From Bacteriovoracia bacterium (GTDB lineage Bacteria > Bdellovibrionota > UBA1018 > CAIPTA01): DNA of 64,000 nucleotides. The stretch is from assembly GCA_050246755.1 (NCBI GenBank), contig JBFWVL010000001.1, forward strand, positions 1,088,001 through 1,152,000, written 5' to 3'. Shown in pieces: positions 37,135 through 47,920 of this stretch. How positions within the stretch are numbered: the stretch's first letter is position 1; the number at the start of each line of letters is the position of its first letter. A program made the translations under genes and the position numbers. The notes beneath the pieces were generated by a model. That model saw nothing but the letters and a program-made list of their open reading frames with translations, had not been told where the DNA came from and ran no database searches.

Positions 37135-37859
37135 GGCAGCCATCGCTCCCGTAATAATAAGAGCGCCGTGTGCAGATAACGCCTGCCCATCGCGCTCAAA
37201 CGTAAATTGGATTCTCTTGGAGCGTCGGCTCTCCAAGTATTGGGCAATACGGCCACTTTATACCCTCGGAGAAACGCTTTTAGCGGCAACTCGATCGTAA
37301 TATTGAAATGTTCCGAAAAAATCGGGCCAAACCCGTCGATGGCCCGGCGGGAATAAAGCTTAGAGGCGTTCGTGAAGTCTCGGTACGGCAGGAAAAATAC
37401 CAGGCTCAGGAAATAATTGGCGAGACGATTCCAAATAAGCTTGGTACCCGAGTAACCTTCGATTTTTCCGCCAGCCGTAAACCGGTTTCCGAAAACGCAA
37501 TCGTAACCTTCCTGAAATTTCCGGAAAAAGCGCACCACGTCTTGCGGATCTTCCGATCCGTCCGACATTAAAATCATCACCGCGGGAGCTGAAAATTTTT
37601 CAAGGCCCAGCTTTACCGCGGAACCAAAGCCCCCCTCTGGCGGCAGACGCTCTATATATTGAATCTGCATTCCTTCACCGGCAAATTGCCTTAACATGGA
37701 GGCGGTTCCACCCTCGTCGGGAACCTTAACGTCGTTTACCACCACGAACTCGTGGGTGATTTTTTCTTGCCCCAGAAGATCATGTAAACGGCGAATCGTT
37801 TGCCAAAGCTCCCTGGTTTCACCCTTCGAAGGCAGAAAAAGAGAAAGTTCAGGCTTCAT
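37131..37859 (-). CDS. Glycosyltransferase family 2 (DPM1-like)
   Basis: VVVND, GGFGSAV, MSDGSEDP, VFGNRF, DFTNASKLY. Confidence 0.85.
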   Translation of the reverse strand: MKPELSLFLPSKGETRELWQTIRRLHDLLGQEKITHEFVVVNDVKVPDEGGTASMLRQFAGEGMQIQYIERLPPEGGFGSAVKLGLEKFSAPAVMILMSDGSEDPQDVVRFFRKFQEGYDCVFGNRFTAGGKIEGYSGTKLIWNRLANYFLSLVFFLPYRDFTNASKLYSRRAIDGFGPIFSEHFNITIELPLKAFLRGYKVAVLPNTWRADAPRESNLRLSAMGRRYLHTALLLLRERWLP

Positions 37860-39028
37860 GGTGCCAGCCTCACGCTCTGATATATTTCGCGAAGAAGGCG
37901 AAAGTTGGTTTCTGCGTTATAACGTTCGAGGTAACGCGATTCGGCCGCAGCTCCCATGGCACGAAGCCGCCCCGGATCCGCCAATATTTTCTCTAAAGCC
38001 TGTTGCAAAGAGCTTGAATCGCCGGGCGAGAAGAACTCTCCGGTTTTTCCTTCTTCTACGATCTCAGCCAATCCGCCGATGCGAGACACCAAAACGGGTT
38101 TGCCATGCGCCATGGCTTCGAGCAGAACGATGGGGAAATTTTCGTAACATTCCGATGGAAAAACGATCAGATCGGCCATGCTCTGTAGGCGGTATACTTC
38201 TTCCGTTCCTTGGCGGCCGTGCCAAATAATCTGTTTATCGGCGGCGATCGCAGCGCTCACCTCGGCCGCCAGCGGGCCGTCTCCCACAATATGCAGTTCA
38301 TAAGCCGTGCTTCCGGCCTTCGCCGCTAATAACGTGGCCAACCCCTTCTCCCCGCTTAGCCGGCCCACGAAGATTACCTTGGGTATTTTATTCTTCGTGA
38401 ATTCCGCCGAGGCCACGGGAGAAAATAGAAAATTGGGCTTCACCGTAAATTTTTCCGCCGGTAATCCGGCTTTTGCGTAACGGCTTTTCGAAAATTCGGT
38501 AAGCACCACAAACTTATCCACCATAGTATGCCAAGTGCGCCTACGGTGATGGGTAGCAATCATCCGTGCTAACGCCATCGAGCCCACGAGGGAGCCCTGG
38601 TAGCAGCGATAGCGAACGGCGTGCTTGGGTCCGTCGTCCACGCAAAGCTCGCAGGGCTTTCCATCGCGAAGAAGGAGCCCGTTCGCGCAGAGAATGCGAT
38701 AATTGTGCAATGTCATTACCGCAGGCACACGAGCCTCCCGGGCCGCTTCGAATACCGAAGGCGTAGCGAGCGGAAAGAAATTATGGACGTGCATCACGTC
38801 GGGCCGAAAACGCTGGATTGCGCCGGCCACGCGCCGTTTGGCCTTTTCCGAGTGGGGAAGCTCCCAGGCCGTGCGCGCCTTGCTGAGCAATCCTTCAAGC
38901 TCGGCGCTACGAAAGCGAACTTCCTCTACCTCTACACCATTCTCGCGGAGCAGGCGCGTTTCCGCCTCCACCACTTTCTCCTCGCCACCGAGCTCGCGAT
39001 ATTCGTTGTGAACAAGGAGAACTTTCAT
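37856..39028 (-). CDS. Glycosyltransferase family 4
   Basis: GGEE, HVHNFFP, TLHNYR, GRLSGEKG, YENFPIVLLEAMAHGKP. Confidence 0.9.
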   Translation of the reverse strand: MKVLLVHNEYRELGGEEKVVEAETRLLRENGVEVEEVRFRSAELEGLLSKARTAWELPHSEKAKRRVAGAIQRFRPDVMHVHNFFPLATPSVFEAAREARVPAVMTLHNYRILCANGLLLRDGKPCELCVDDGPKHAVRYRCYQGSLVGSMALARMIATHHRRRTWHTMVDKFVVLTEFSKSRYAKAGLPAEKFTVKPNFLFSPVASAEFTKNKIPKVIFVGRLSGEKGLATLLAAKAGSTAYELHIVGDGPLAAEVSAAIAADKQIIWHGRQGTEEVYRLQSMADLIVFPSECYENFPIVLLEAMAHGKPVLVSRIGGLAEIVEEGKTGEFFSPGDSSSLQQALEKILADPGRLRAMGAAAESRYLERYNAETNFRLLREIYQSVRLAP

Positions 39029-39031
39029 TTT

Positions 39032-39982
39032 TTAGCAGGTACGCTCTTTCATCCACCAGTCGATCGTGCGCCGCAGGCCTTCCTCGAATCCGATCTCCGA
39101 GCGAAAACCAAATCGTTCGATGGCGCGGGATACGTCTAGCTTTCTTCGCTCTTGGCCGTTTGGGCGGGAGGTATCCCACTGAATTTCACCGACGTAGCCA
39201 ACTTTGCGCCTAATGATCTTGGCAAGCTCGCCGATCGAAAACTCCTCGGCGCTCCCAAGATTTACCGGCTCCGAACTATTGAACTTCTCGCAGGCTAGCA
39301 CGATGCCGCGCGCAGCGTCCTCGACGTAGAGGAACTCACGGGTGGGCGTGCCGTCGCCCCAAAGGGTAACGAAGGGAGCGCCGCTCTCTTTGGCCTCCAC
39401 GAATTTCCGGATCAGCGCCGGAATCACATGCGAGTGCTCCGGATCGAAATTATCTTCGGGACCATACAAATTCACCGGCAAAAGAAAGACACCGTTCATT
39501 CCATACTGACGACGATAAGCGTCCATCATCACAAGCATGGATTTTTTGGCAATTCCGTAGGGGGCGTTGGTTACTTCCGGATAGCCGTTCCAGAGATTAT
39601 CTTCGTGAAACGGCACGGGAGTATGAGCTGGGTAGGCGCAAATGGTTCCCACCATCACCACCTTCTTTACGTTTGCACGGCGGCTTGCCTCAATCACGTT
39701 GAGACCCATGGCGGTATTGTCGTAAAAAAGCTCACCGGGATATTTTTGGTTAAATCCGATTCCACCCACGCGTGCAGCCAGATGAATCACGAGATCCGCG
39801 CCGCTCACCACCTTAACGGCCGCCGAGAAATCCCGTAGGTCATAGTCACGCGAGCGAGGTATAACTACGCGAGACTTATCCACTCCGCGCCGCTCTAGCT
39901 CTCTTTGCACGTGCACACCAAGAAATCCGGCACCGCCGGTAATCACGACGCGCTTAGCCTGAATAAGATTAAGCTCGCTCAA
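39032..39982 (-). CDS. fcl: GDP-L-fucose synthase
   Basis: [43 protein letters not shown]. Confidence 0.92.
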   Translation of the reverse strand: MSELNLIQAKRVVITGGAGFLGVHVQRELERRGVDKSRVVIPRSRDYDLRDFSAAVKVVSGADLVIHLAARVGGIGFNQKYPGELFYDNTAMGLNVIEASRRANVKKVVMVGTICAYPAHTPVPFHEDNLWNGYPEVTNAPYGIAKKSMLVMMDAYRRQYGMNGVFLLPVNLYGPEDNFDPEHSHVIPALIRKFVEAKESGAPFVTLWGDGTPTREFLYVEDAARGIVLACEKFNSSEPVNLGSAEEFSIGELAKIIRRKVGYVGEIQWDTSRPNGQERRKLDVSRAIERFGFRSEIGFEEGLRRTIDWWMKERTC

Positions 39983-41007
39983 GGCCGGAATCCCTTTGGG
40001 CTAGGCTCAAGGCCGAACTTTCGCACGTCGAGCCCTTCCATTTCGAGGTCGGCAACGAGCATGATGCGGGCGAGCTCCTTAAAACCAACTTTGGGCTCCC
40101 ATTTCAGCTTCTTCTTCGCCTTAGTAGCATCGCCAATCAAGAGATCTACTTCGGTAGGCCGCAGATACTGGGGATCGAGGCGTACGAAATCTTCCGGTTT
40201 TTTCCCCACCATGCCAAAGCATTCGTCCACGAACTCCTTTACAGAATGAGTTTCTCCGGTGGCCACCACGTAATCGTCGCCGGCGGGCTGCTGCAACATC
40301 AGCCACATTGCCTCCACGTAATCCTTGGCGTAACCCCAATCTCGTTTCGCATCGAGGTTGCCCAGGAATAAATGTTTTTCTTTTCCGGCGAGAATTTTCG
40401 CCACCGAGCGGGTGATCTTGCGGGTCACGAAGGTCTCCCCGCGGCGCGGGCTCTCGTGGTTGAAGAGAATTCCGTTCGAAGCGTGCATGTTATATGCTTC
40501 GCGGTAGTTTACGGCGATCCAGTAAGAATAAACTTTAGCGCATCCATACGGGCTACGCGGATAAAAAGGCGTGCTTTCCGACTGCGGCACCTGCTGCACG
40601 AGCCCGTACATTTCGGAGCTCGAGGCCTGGTAAAAACGCGTGTCGATGCCTGATTCGCGAATTGCGTCCAGCAAACGCAAAGTGCCAAGCCCAGTAACGT
40701 CGCCAGTATACTCGGGAATGTCGAAAGAAACCCGCACATGGCTTTGCGCGCCCAGGTGATAGATTTCAGATGGCTTAATCGTCTTCAGGAGACGGTTAAG
40801 GTTAGAGCCATCCGAGAGATCGCCGTAGTGGAGGAAAATTTTTGCGCCCGACTCATGGCGATCCCGGTAGAGATGATCGATTCGATCGGTATTGAAAGTG
40901 CTCGCCCGGCGGATAAGGCCATGGACTTCGTATCCCTTAGCCAGCAATAGCTCCGCCAAGTAGGACCCATCTTGGCCTGTAATTCCCGTAACGAATGCCT
41001 TTTTCAT
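39979..41007 (-). CDS. gmd: GDP-mannose 4,6-dehydratase
   Basis: [42 protein letters not shown]. Confidence 0.96.
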   Translation of the reverse strand: MKKAFVTGITGQDGSYLAELLLAKGYEVHGLIRRASTFNTDRIDHLYRDRHESGAKIFLHYGDLSDGSNLNRLLKTIKPSEIYHLGAQSHVRVSFDIPEYTGDVTGLGTLRLLDAIRESGIDTRFYQASSSEMYGLVQQVPQSESTPFYPRSPYGCAKVYSYWIAVNYREAYNMHASNGILFNHESPRRGETFVTRKITRSVAKILAGKEKHLFLGNLDAKRDWGYAKDYVEAMWLMLQQPAGDDYVVATGETHSVKEFVDECFGMVGKKPEDFVRLDPQYLRPTEVDLLIGDATKAKKKLKWEPKVGFKELARIMLVADLEMEGLDVRKFGLEPSPKGFRP

Positions 41008-41018
41008 TATTGCCTCTT

Positions 41019-42029
41019 TCATGAAAGGTGCCGCCGAAACCAAGGCGCCGATTTTTCGACTCCCTCTTCCAACGAAGTATTCGGAATTGCTCCCAGTACC
41101 CTGCGCGCCACATGCATATCAGCCACTGAGTGTCGTACATCACCGGCGCGAAAATCTCTATACTGGGGCATAGGTGCTTCTATTCCCAACCCCTTACTCA
41201 GGGCATGGAAAAGCTGGTTTAGAGACGTTTGCCGCCCCGCGGCCACGTTCAATACCCTCTCTGGATGAAGCCTCAGATCCGCGAGGGCGGCCCTGACATT
41301 AGCTAGCACCACGTCTCCGATGAAACAAAAATCCCGGCTGGTTTCTCCGTCTCCGAAAATCACGATAGGTTCCTTTTTTAGCAGGGCACGTATCCAAGTG
41401 GGAATCACGGCTCCATAGTCGCTCCCGGGATCTTGCCTAGGGCCATAAATATTGAAGTAACGCAGCCCTAGGGAAGATTGACCGGAAGCGTTCTCGAAGG
41501 TGACTGCGGATTTTTCATTTTCACGTTTCGAGGCCGCGTAGGGAGAAAGTGGGTTGCCGATTCTCTCTTCTAGAGCCGGAATCGCAGTTTCGCTTCCGTA
41601 AACGGCGGCCGAGGAGGCGTAAATCACCCTTCGCACCTGCGCCTTACGCGCGGCCTCGAGCACATTCTGAAAGCCCTGCACATTGATTCGCTGGGTGGCC
41701 TCAGGATCTTTGATTGAGAGCGGAACGGAAACAAAAGCCGCGTGATGCAAAACAAAATCCACCCGATCCGTCGCCTTGAGCAAGGATACAGAATTCTCGA
41801 TCGATTCCTCGATAAGCGTAAAATTATCCCACTGCGCGGAATTCAGCGACGCGCGAACCTCTTCAAGGTTCTGGCGCCGGCCCGTAGAGAAATTATCGAA
41901 CCCCACCACTTCTTGCCCGGCCGCCAGAAGCGCTTCGGTGAGATTGCTTCCGATAAATCCCGCTGCCCCCGTAACGAGCCAGCGAAATTTTTTCCCGGAA
42001 AGCAGGCTGCGGAGGTCGGCGGTCGGCAT
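41019..42029 (-). CDS. UDP-GlcNAc(A) C4-epimerase (WbpP/TviC-like)
   Basis: [53 protein letters not shown]. Confidence 0.88.
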   Translation of the reverse strand: MPTADLRSLLSGKKFRWLVTGAAGFIGSNLTEALLAAGQEVVGFDNFSTGRRQNLEEVRASLNSAQWDNFTLIEESIENSVSLLKATDRVDFVLHHAAFVSVPLSIKDPEATQRINVQGFQNVLEAARKAQVRRVIYASSAAVYGSETAIPALEERIGNPLSPYAASKRENEKSAVTFENASGQSSLGLRYFNIYGPRQDPGSDYGAVIPTWIRALLKKEPIVIFGDGETSRDFCFIGDVVLANVRAALADLRLHPERVLNVAAGRQTSLNQLFHALSKGLGIEAPMPQYRDFRAGDVRHSVADMHVARRVLGAIPNTSLEEGVEKSAPWFRRHLS

Positions 42030-43424
42030 TTAGTACGCCCCAATCCCGCGGATCGCCGTGGCGATCGTTTTGCACATAATTATGAGATCAAGGAGCAGAG
42101 AGCGATGCTCGATATAGAATAAATCGTATTCCATATTGGCGTGGATCGGCTCGCCTCTTACGGCACTGATCTGCCAAACGCCCGTGATCCCCGGCTTCAC
42201 CTTCAGGCGCTCACGCTGTTCCTCATTGTAGGTAGACACAATGAAAGGCATCTCCGGACGCGGGCCCACAATACTCATATCACCCCTCAAAACATTCACG
42301 AACTGGGGAAGCTCGTCGAGGCTGGAGCGACGCAGCCAGCGGCCGAACTTCGTGATGCGAGGATCCTCCGAAGATTTCGGCGTGAGCGCGTAGGCACTAG
42401 CCTCCACGTGCATGGAGCGGAATTTATAGAAATTAAATTCCTTACCATTTAGCCCCACTCGTCTTTGCCGAAAAACAATCGGCCCCGGACTATCGAACCG
42501 GATAATCGCGGACACCACCAGCACCACGGGGCTCAGCACGATTAACGCCAGCAACGATACTACAATGTCGAATAGCCGCTTGAACGCCGGGTAGAAAATC
42601 TGCGCGCTCCGCTCCTTCTCCTGAATCACCGGAATCCCGCCGAACTCACGCACCTCGAGATTATGCATCAAGTGGCCATAGGTAGGCGGCACCACGGAAA
42701 TCTGCAGGCCTAGCTTTCGCCCAAGCTCGGCGATTTCCAAATTTCTTTGATACGAGGCGGAAGGCATCGCGATAAATAGATCGCTGAGCTGTTCCGATTT
42801 CGCCATCTTCACAATCACATCAATCCCGCCGAATACCATCGCACCGCTGCTGGCGCTCACCTCGCGAATCGGAATCGTTTTTCCCCAGAGCGAAGAATCA
42901 TCGTCGAGAAATCCAACCACCCGCACGCCCAGAGCCGGCGAATGATACATCCGCTTATAAATGTGCCTTCCCACTACCCCAGCTCCGTAGATCAGCGCCT
43001 TGCGATAGGGCTTGCCGAAAATCAGCATCTTAATTCCCACTTGAAACATAATGGCGCGCTCAATCAAGAGGACGAAGAACGTGATTCCAAGCGCAGAGGT
43101 GATCATCAAACGGGAGAGATCGAGAATGCGAACGTAAAACGTAAAGCTGAATAGCAAGAGCGAGCCAAATACCCAAGAAAGCAAAAGTCGGCGCGTTTCG
43201 TCCACCTGGAGCAAGCTGGTTTCCCGCTCGTAGAGCCGGGCCGCGTGAAAGGTAAATAGAAAAATTAGAACTGCGATACTACCCAGACTCAAAAACTGGG
43301 AAAGCGAGTAGGGAACAGTGCGCGAGCTGTTGAGGTACAGCAGGTAGGCTGCGCCGAAGGAAAAAAGCACGGCCGCCGCATCCGCCACCCGGCGCAATAG
43401 AGAGAAAAGTTTTGAGCGATTCAC
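42030..43424 (-). CDS. Polyprenyl-phosphate phosphoglycosyltransferase (WcaJ-like)
   Basis: N-terminal TMs, KRLFD, KFRSM, DPRIT, LDELPQ, GPRPE, KPGITG. Confidence 0.92.
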   Translation of the reverse strand: MNRSKLFSLLRRVADAAAVLFSFGAAYLLYLNSSRTVPYSLSQFLSLGSIAVLIFLFTFHAARLYERETSLLQVDETRRLLLSWVFGSLLLFSFTFYVRILDLSRLMITSALGITFFVLLIERAIMFQVGIKMLIFGKPYRKALIYGAGVVGRHIYKRMYHSPALGVRVVGFLDDDSSLWGKTIPIREVSASSGAMVFGGIDVIVKMAKSEQLSDLFIAMPSASYQRNLEIAELGRKLGLQISVVPPTYGHLMHNLEVREFGGIPVIQEKERSAQIFYPAFKRLFDIVVSLLALIVLSPVVLVVSAIIRFDSPGPIVFRQRRVGLNGKEFNFYKFRSMHVEASAYALTPKSSEDPRITKFGRWLRRSSLDELPQFVNVLRGDMSIVGPRPEMPFIVSTYNEEQRERLKVKPGITGVWQISAVRGEPIHANMEYDLFYIEHRSLLLDLIIMCKTIATAIRGIGAY

Positions 43425-43540
43425 GGGCTAGAGACTATCGCAAAACCCCTCTCTACGCGAGGCTCTAGCCACGCTTGCTGCCGCGCATTAGTCTTCGGTA
43501 ATGCTTTGGTCCTTCGACAAGTTCCGATACCATTCCCTCG

Positions 43541-44269
43541 ATGAAACTTTCGGTGGTGATCCCCTGCTATAATGAACGCGCAACGGTGCAAACCCTGCTG
43601 AAACGCGTAGCCTCCGCCCCCCTCCCCCCCGCCATCACCGGAACGGAAATTCTCCTCGTGGACGACTGCTCCACCGACGGCACCCGCGAAATCCTCCGCG
43701 CAATCGACGCCGACCCCGCCGCGGAAATCGGGCTCCTGCCAAACCAGACTTTCCAAGCGATCTTTCTTGAAACCAATACCGGCAAGGGCCACGCCCTCCG
43801 CCGTGGCTTCCATGAAGCCTCCGGCGCCATCTTCCTCGTGCAGGATGCCGACCTCGAATACTCCCCCGAGGACTACCCCCTCCTCCTCAACCCCATCGTG
43901 AAGGGCGATGCCGACGTTGTGTTCGGCTCCCGCTTCATCGGACTCGAACACCGAGTGCTCTATTTCCATCACTACATGGTGAACAAAACCCTAACTTTCA
44001 TTTCCAACCTCCTTACCAACCTCAACCTCACCGACATGGAAGCTTGCTACAAAGTTTTCCGCGCCGACGTTCTGCGCCGTATTCCTCTCGTGAGCGATCG
44101 CTTCGGCTTCGAGCCCGAAGTAGTGGCCAAGGTAGCCCGGCTCCGCGTGCGCGTATTCGAAGTGGGCATCCGCTACCATGGCCGCACCTACGAAGAGGGC
44201 AAAAAGATCACCTGGAAAGACGGGATCGCGGCCCTCTGGCATATTTTCCGGTTTAATATTTTCCCGTAG
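43541..44269 (+). CDS. Glycosyltransferase family 2 (DPM1-like)
   Basis: VIPCYNE, VDDCSTDGT, QDADLEY, GSRF, TDMEACYK, EGKKITWKDG. Confidence 0.92.
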   Translation: MKLSVVIPCYNERATVQTLLKRVASAPLPPAITGTEILLVDDCSTDGTREILRAIDADPAAEIGLLPNQTFQAIFLETNTGKGHALRRGFHEASGAIFLVQDADLEYSPEDYPLLLNPIVKGDADVVFGSRFIGLEHRVLYFHHYMVNKTLTFISNLLTNLNLTDMEACYKVFRADVLRRIPLVSDRFGFEPEVVAKVARLRVRVFEVGIRYHGRTYEEGKKITWKDGIAALWHIFRFNIFP

Positions 44270-44401
44270 GAATCCCTTGGAGGACTCTATGAAATGCCTA
44301 TTGCCATCTCACGGCGTCGGAATTCTGGTCGGAGATTTATTCGGAAGAGCGAACAAGAACCGAACGGTAGATAATACCTTCGACGCCGGAGAAACCCCGT
44401 G

Positions 44402-45169
44402 TCAGCCGATCTTCTTACGGGCCCACTGCATTCCCCAGAGCACGAGAAACGCCGGATTATTGAACAAGTATCGCCGCCACAGCCTGCGCGGCTCTTTATA
44501 CAGACGATAGAGCCATTCCAACCCAAACCTTTGCATTAGCTCCGGCGCATCAGGCACCGCGCCCGGCAAGATATCAAACGCCGCGCCGATTCCGAACATA
44601 ATCCCCTTCACCGCGTTCCGCTGGCGGAACATCCAGCGCTCCTGCTTCGGCGCTCCGAGACCAATCCAAACAAAGTGCGCCCCGGTGGCATTGATCCGCT
44701 TAGCGATATCGTCCCAATCCTGAATTTCTTCCAGCGGCCGGAAAGGCGGACTCTCCGCTCCCACGATATCTGCTCCGGGATATTGCTGCTCGATCGTCTT
44801 TTTCAAGCGCACAAGGTTCTTTTCACTCCCGCCATAGAGGTAATGCTTCGCGCCCCAACTACGCCCGCGGTCCAGCAGATCGCGCATCAGCGAAGGGCCG
44901 CGCACCCGATCCTGCTCATTCGCGCCGAGAGATTTCATTCCCCACACGAGGGGCATTCCATCCGGAACCGAGAGCAGGGATTTATTGGTGATCTCTTGGT
45001 AGGAGGGATCGAAATAACCGGTCATGGTGGTGTGGACGTTGGAGACGCAAACATAGCCCGGCTTGTTCTCTTTCGCGCACTGCTCTAGAAAGGCGTGGAC
45101 GTTCGCGCGGGGGAGAACGCTATAGTGAGATCCGAGGAGATTGATTCTTTGCGGGCCGTTCGTAGACAT
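44402..45169 (-). CDS. WecG/TagA/CpsF family glycosyltransferase
   Basis: PDGMP, RVRGP, GLGAPKQE, GAAFD, GLEWLYRL..EPRRLWRRY. Confidence 0.93.
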   Translation of the reverse strand: MSTNGPQRINLLGSHYSVLPRANVHAFLEQCAKENKPGYVCVSNVHTTMTGYFDPSYQEITNKSLLSVPDGMPLVWGMKSLGANEQDRVRGPSLMRDLLDRGRSWGAKHYLYGGSEKNLVRLKKTIEQQYPGADIVGAESPPFRPLEEIQDWDDIAKRINATGAHFVWIGLGAPKQERWMFRQRNAVKGIMFGIGAAFDILPGAVPDAPELMQRFGLEWLYRLYKEPRRLWRRYLFNNPAFLVLWGMQWARKKIG

Positions 45170-45180
45170 CGAATCTCCGC

Positions 45181-45777
45181 CTAGGGACGCATCATCCGAA
45201 TCAACGCGTTCAGCACCTGCATTTGGCGTTCGCAGTCGTAAACCGCTTCGTGCTTAGATCCTTCGATCTTTTCCGACATCTTCTGCGCTTCTTTGAGAAC
45301 CGCATTGATTTCATTATTTCCACGCACGTTGGCTACAAGATTCAACGCGCCGGCCATTTCGTAGATGCGGTAGTGGCAATCACCCACGAGTTTATCGTTC
45401 TCGTATTTCGCGGGAACCAAGTAGCCGTGGTGCGCGAGGAAGGGAATATCGAAAATTCCGGCGTTCCATCCGGCGAAGAAAATATTCGGGGGATTGGCAC
45501 CACATTCTACGCAGAAATCGATGATCATCTGTCGCACTTTAGCCGGCTCTACGAAAGGCGCCGCCTTGCAACGCTTGTAGAGCTCCATCATATGCTCTTT
45601 GGCAAACTTCGAGTCGGGCTCGCGATCCGTATGCTGAACGAAGTCGAAAACTTTGCCCTTTTCCCAATAGCCACCGAAAAAATTCATTTCGATGATCGCG
45701 ATTTGCAAAACCTCACCTTTTAGGGGGTCTATCCCGGTGGTTTCGATATCGATCATGAATAGCTTATTGAGGGTCAT
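45181..45777 (-). CDS. DEDDh 3'-5' exonuclease (DnaQ-like)
   Basis: ExoI DIETTG, ExoII WNAGIFD, ExoIII HEAVYD. Confidence 0.85.
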   Translation of the reverse strand: MTLNKLFMIDIETTGIDPLKGEVLQIAIIEMNFFGGYWEKGKVFDFVQHTDREPDSKFAKEHMMELYKRCKAAPFVEPAKVRQMIIDFCVECGANPPNIFFAGWNAGIFDIPFLAHHGYLVPAKYENDKLVGDCHYRIYEMAGALNLVANVRGNNEINAVLKEAQKMSEKIEGSKHEAVYDCERQMQVLNALIRMMRP

Positions 45778-45832
45778 CGTAGGGAATTCATACCTTTTCT
45801 GGGGAGGGTTCGTAAAGACAATCTACTCCGGC

Positions 45833-47260
45833 CTATAGCCAAGGCGGCTCTTTCCCACAAACACCCTTTGCCCAGCGGATTTTCGCCAATTCCCGGCGAT
45901 CTCTGCCCGAACAGAGGAAAATTTCGGAATACCCCTCCTCGCGCAAAGACTGACCGAACTCGATCGGATTGACGCTGCTCTCAGGGAAATCCAGGTCGAG
46001 ATAGATGGGCGTATCGCATTTTACGGAGGATTTTGACTCTAGGAACTCTTCCGGTTTCACGAAGTGCCTCACCAGAATACCGCGTTTCTCGGCGGAAATT
46101 TTCCAAAGCTCGGCGAGCTTTACGTCGTCTTCGATCAGCACGATTTCTTGGGCCACCGGCGGAACCACCAAGCGCATCTTCGTACCGCCGCTCGATTGAG
46201 ACACAATTTGCAATTGGCCACCGAGAGATTCCACAAACTCTTTGGCACCGAATACTCCCAAACCAAATCCACCCTCTTTGCCGAAGGTAAACCCGCGTTG
46301 ACCGATCTTGCTCATCACCGACGCGGGGATTCCACCGCCGTTATCGAGAATCGAAAGACTTATTCCCTCCGCGCAGCGCTCAGCCTCGATCGCAACGGAG
46401 CCTGTATCTGATTTACAGGCCTCTACCGCATTATTCACGAGATTCGAAACCACCCGACGCCACATATAGGAATCGCCGGGAAGAACTACGCTTTTCAGAT
46501 CTTTGCTCCATACCGCTCCGATGGAAATTTTGCTTTCTTTGTACTCGATCTGCTTCTCTTCCACGAGCGCACCCAGCCAATCGCCGATCGGCTCTTTAGT
46601 TTCACTTTCATCTTCACCGAGAAGACTAGATACGAGATTTTTCAGGCGCCCGAGCGCGTCTCTCCTAAGGCGTTCGTGGCTACCCTGGATAATTTCGGCT
46701 TCGCGATCAAGCATCCAGAGCGCTGCTAGCGGCGAACGAATATCGTGGGCGACCTGACGCGCGAGCGCGGCGAGGTCGAACTGGAAACGGTGTTGCTGGA
46801 AGAACATTTCTTTTTGGGAGAGGAAAACTAGGATCGCTAGGGCGGCCTGGAGTAGGAAGAAAATGCACAACCCCCAGAGAATCTCGGATTGGGGACGAAT
46901 ATAGAATTCGATGCTGATGTCGCTGTTGGTGTCTTTGATCTCGCCTCGGGCACGAAAGAAGGACTCGACGCAATCGCCTTTTTTCTCTTCGAAGAAGACT
47001 AGGCCGGATTTTCTTGCGACGACGCATTCAAAATGTTCAGGCTTGGTCAACGCAGCTAGTTTACGCGCTAGAAGAGAAGAATCTCCCCGACCTATTTCTA
47101 TAAAGCTTTGCCCTTGAAAATCCTGAATAAAACTTTTGGTAAAGCTAGACAACTGAAAATGTAAGAATCCCACCACCAAAAGAGACGAAGCAATAACCAA
47201 GAGCAATTGTGCCGTACGTAGCATTCTTGCTTTTTTTGGAGTGCCTCTTACTGCTATCAT
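45833..47260 (-). CDS. Membrane hybrid sensor histidine kinase with C-terminal receiver domain
   Basis: Two TMs, H-box AHDIRSP, N-box NLVNNA, DNGGG, GFGLG; receiver residues IEDD, LDLD, CSG, GKEPPW. Confidence 0.9.
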   Translation of the reverse strand: MIAVRGTPKKARMLRTAQLLLVIASSLLVVGFLHFQLSSFTKSFIQDFQGQSFIEIGRGDSSLLARKLAALTKPEHFECVVARKSGLVFFEEKKGDCVESFFRARGEIKDTNSDISIEFYIRPQSEILWGLCIFFLLQAALAILVFLSQKEMFFQQHRFQFDLAALARQVAHDIRSPLAALWMLDREAEIIQGSHERLRRDALGRLKNLVSSLLGEDESETKEPIGDWLGALVEEKQIEYKESKISIGAVWSKDLKSVVLPGDSYMWRRVVSNLVNNAVEACKSDTGSVAIEAERCAEGISLSILDNGGGIPASVMSKIGQRGFTFGKEGGFGLGVFGAKEFVESLGGQLQIVSQSSGGTKMRLVVPPVAQEIVLIEDDVKLAELWKISAEKRGILVRHFVKPEEFLESKSSVKCDTPIYLDLDFPESSVNPIEFGQSLREEGYSEIFLCSGRDRRELAKIRWAKGVCGKEPPWL

Positions 47261-47335
47261 TTCTCCAGTTTACTGGTGTGGTTCAGTCTACGTCTATCGC
47301 GAAGTCGCCGAATAGTTGGAAAAGATTTTTTGAAA

Positions 47336-47920
47336 GTGAGCCTCAAATTGAATATCTATGAACTGATAAAAAAACGCCGTAGCATCAGAGCTTATTTGCC
47401 CGACAAAGATATTCCAAAAGAAACCCTTAACCGGATATTAGAGGCAGGAACCTGGGCCGCATCAGGAAAAAATCTTCAAAACTGGCGGTTCTTTGTTTTG
47501 CGCGGCGAGAAAAGAAACAACTACCTTAAGCATAGCCAAAAAAGCTGGCTGGCGATTAAGGACGTATTAGAAAAACGACTTAAGCCGAGTTTATATAAAT
47601 TTACTGAACGTTTTTTCTATACACTAGGCGAAGCTCCAGTTGTCTTAATTGCTTTTGCAGAAATCAACGATCAAGATCACCCGCAAACGCAAATTGGAAA
47701 CGTCTACTTAGCGATTCAGAATATCGTTTTGGCGGCGGAGTCGGAAGGTCTTGGCACTTGTATAATGGGAAGTCCACTAGAAGTTGAAGACGAAATTCGA
47801 AAATTCCTTGATATAGAAAGAAAAGATTGGAAGTTAGTGTGTGGTCTTACAATCGGCTACCCGGCGCACACGCCACCCGCCCCCCCCAGAAGAAGCAATG
47901 ACGTCATAACGTTCATTTAA
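47336..47920 (+). CDS. Nitroreductase family protein
   Basis: RRSIRAY, AASGKNLQNWRF, QNIVLAAESEGLGTC, IGYP. Start uncertain (GTG 47336 or TTG 47348). Confidence 0.9.
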   Translation: MSLKLNIYELIKKRRSIRAYLPDKDIPKETLNRILEAGTWAASGKNLQNWRFFVLRGEKRNNYLKHSQKSWLAIKDVLEKRLKPSLYKFTERFFYTLGEAPVVLIAFAEINDQDHPQTQIGNVYLAIQNIVLAAESEGLGTCIMGSPLEVEDEIRKFLDIERKDWKLVCGLTIGYPAHTPPAPPRRSNDVITFI

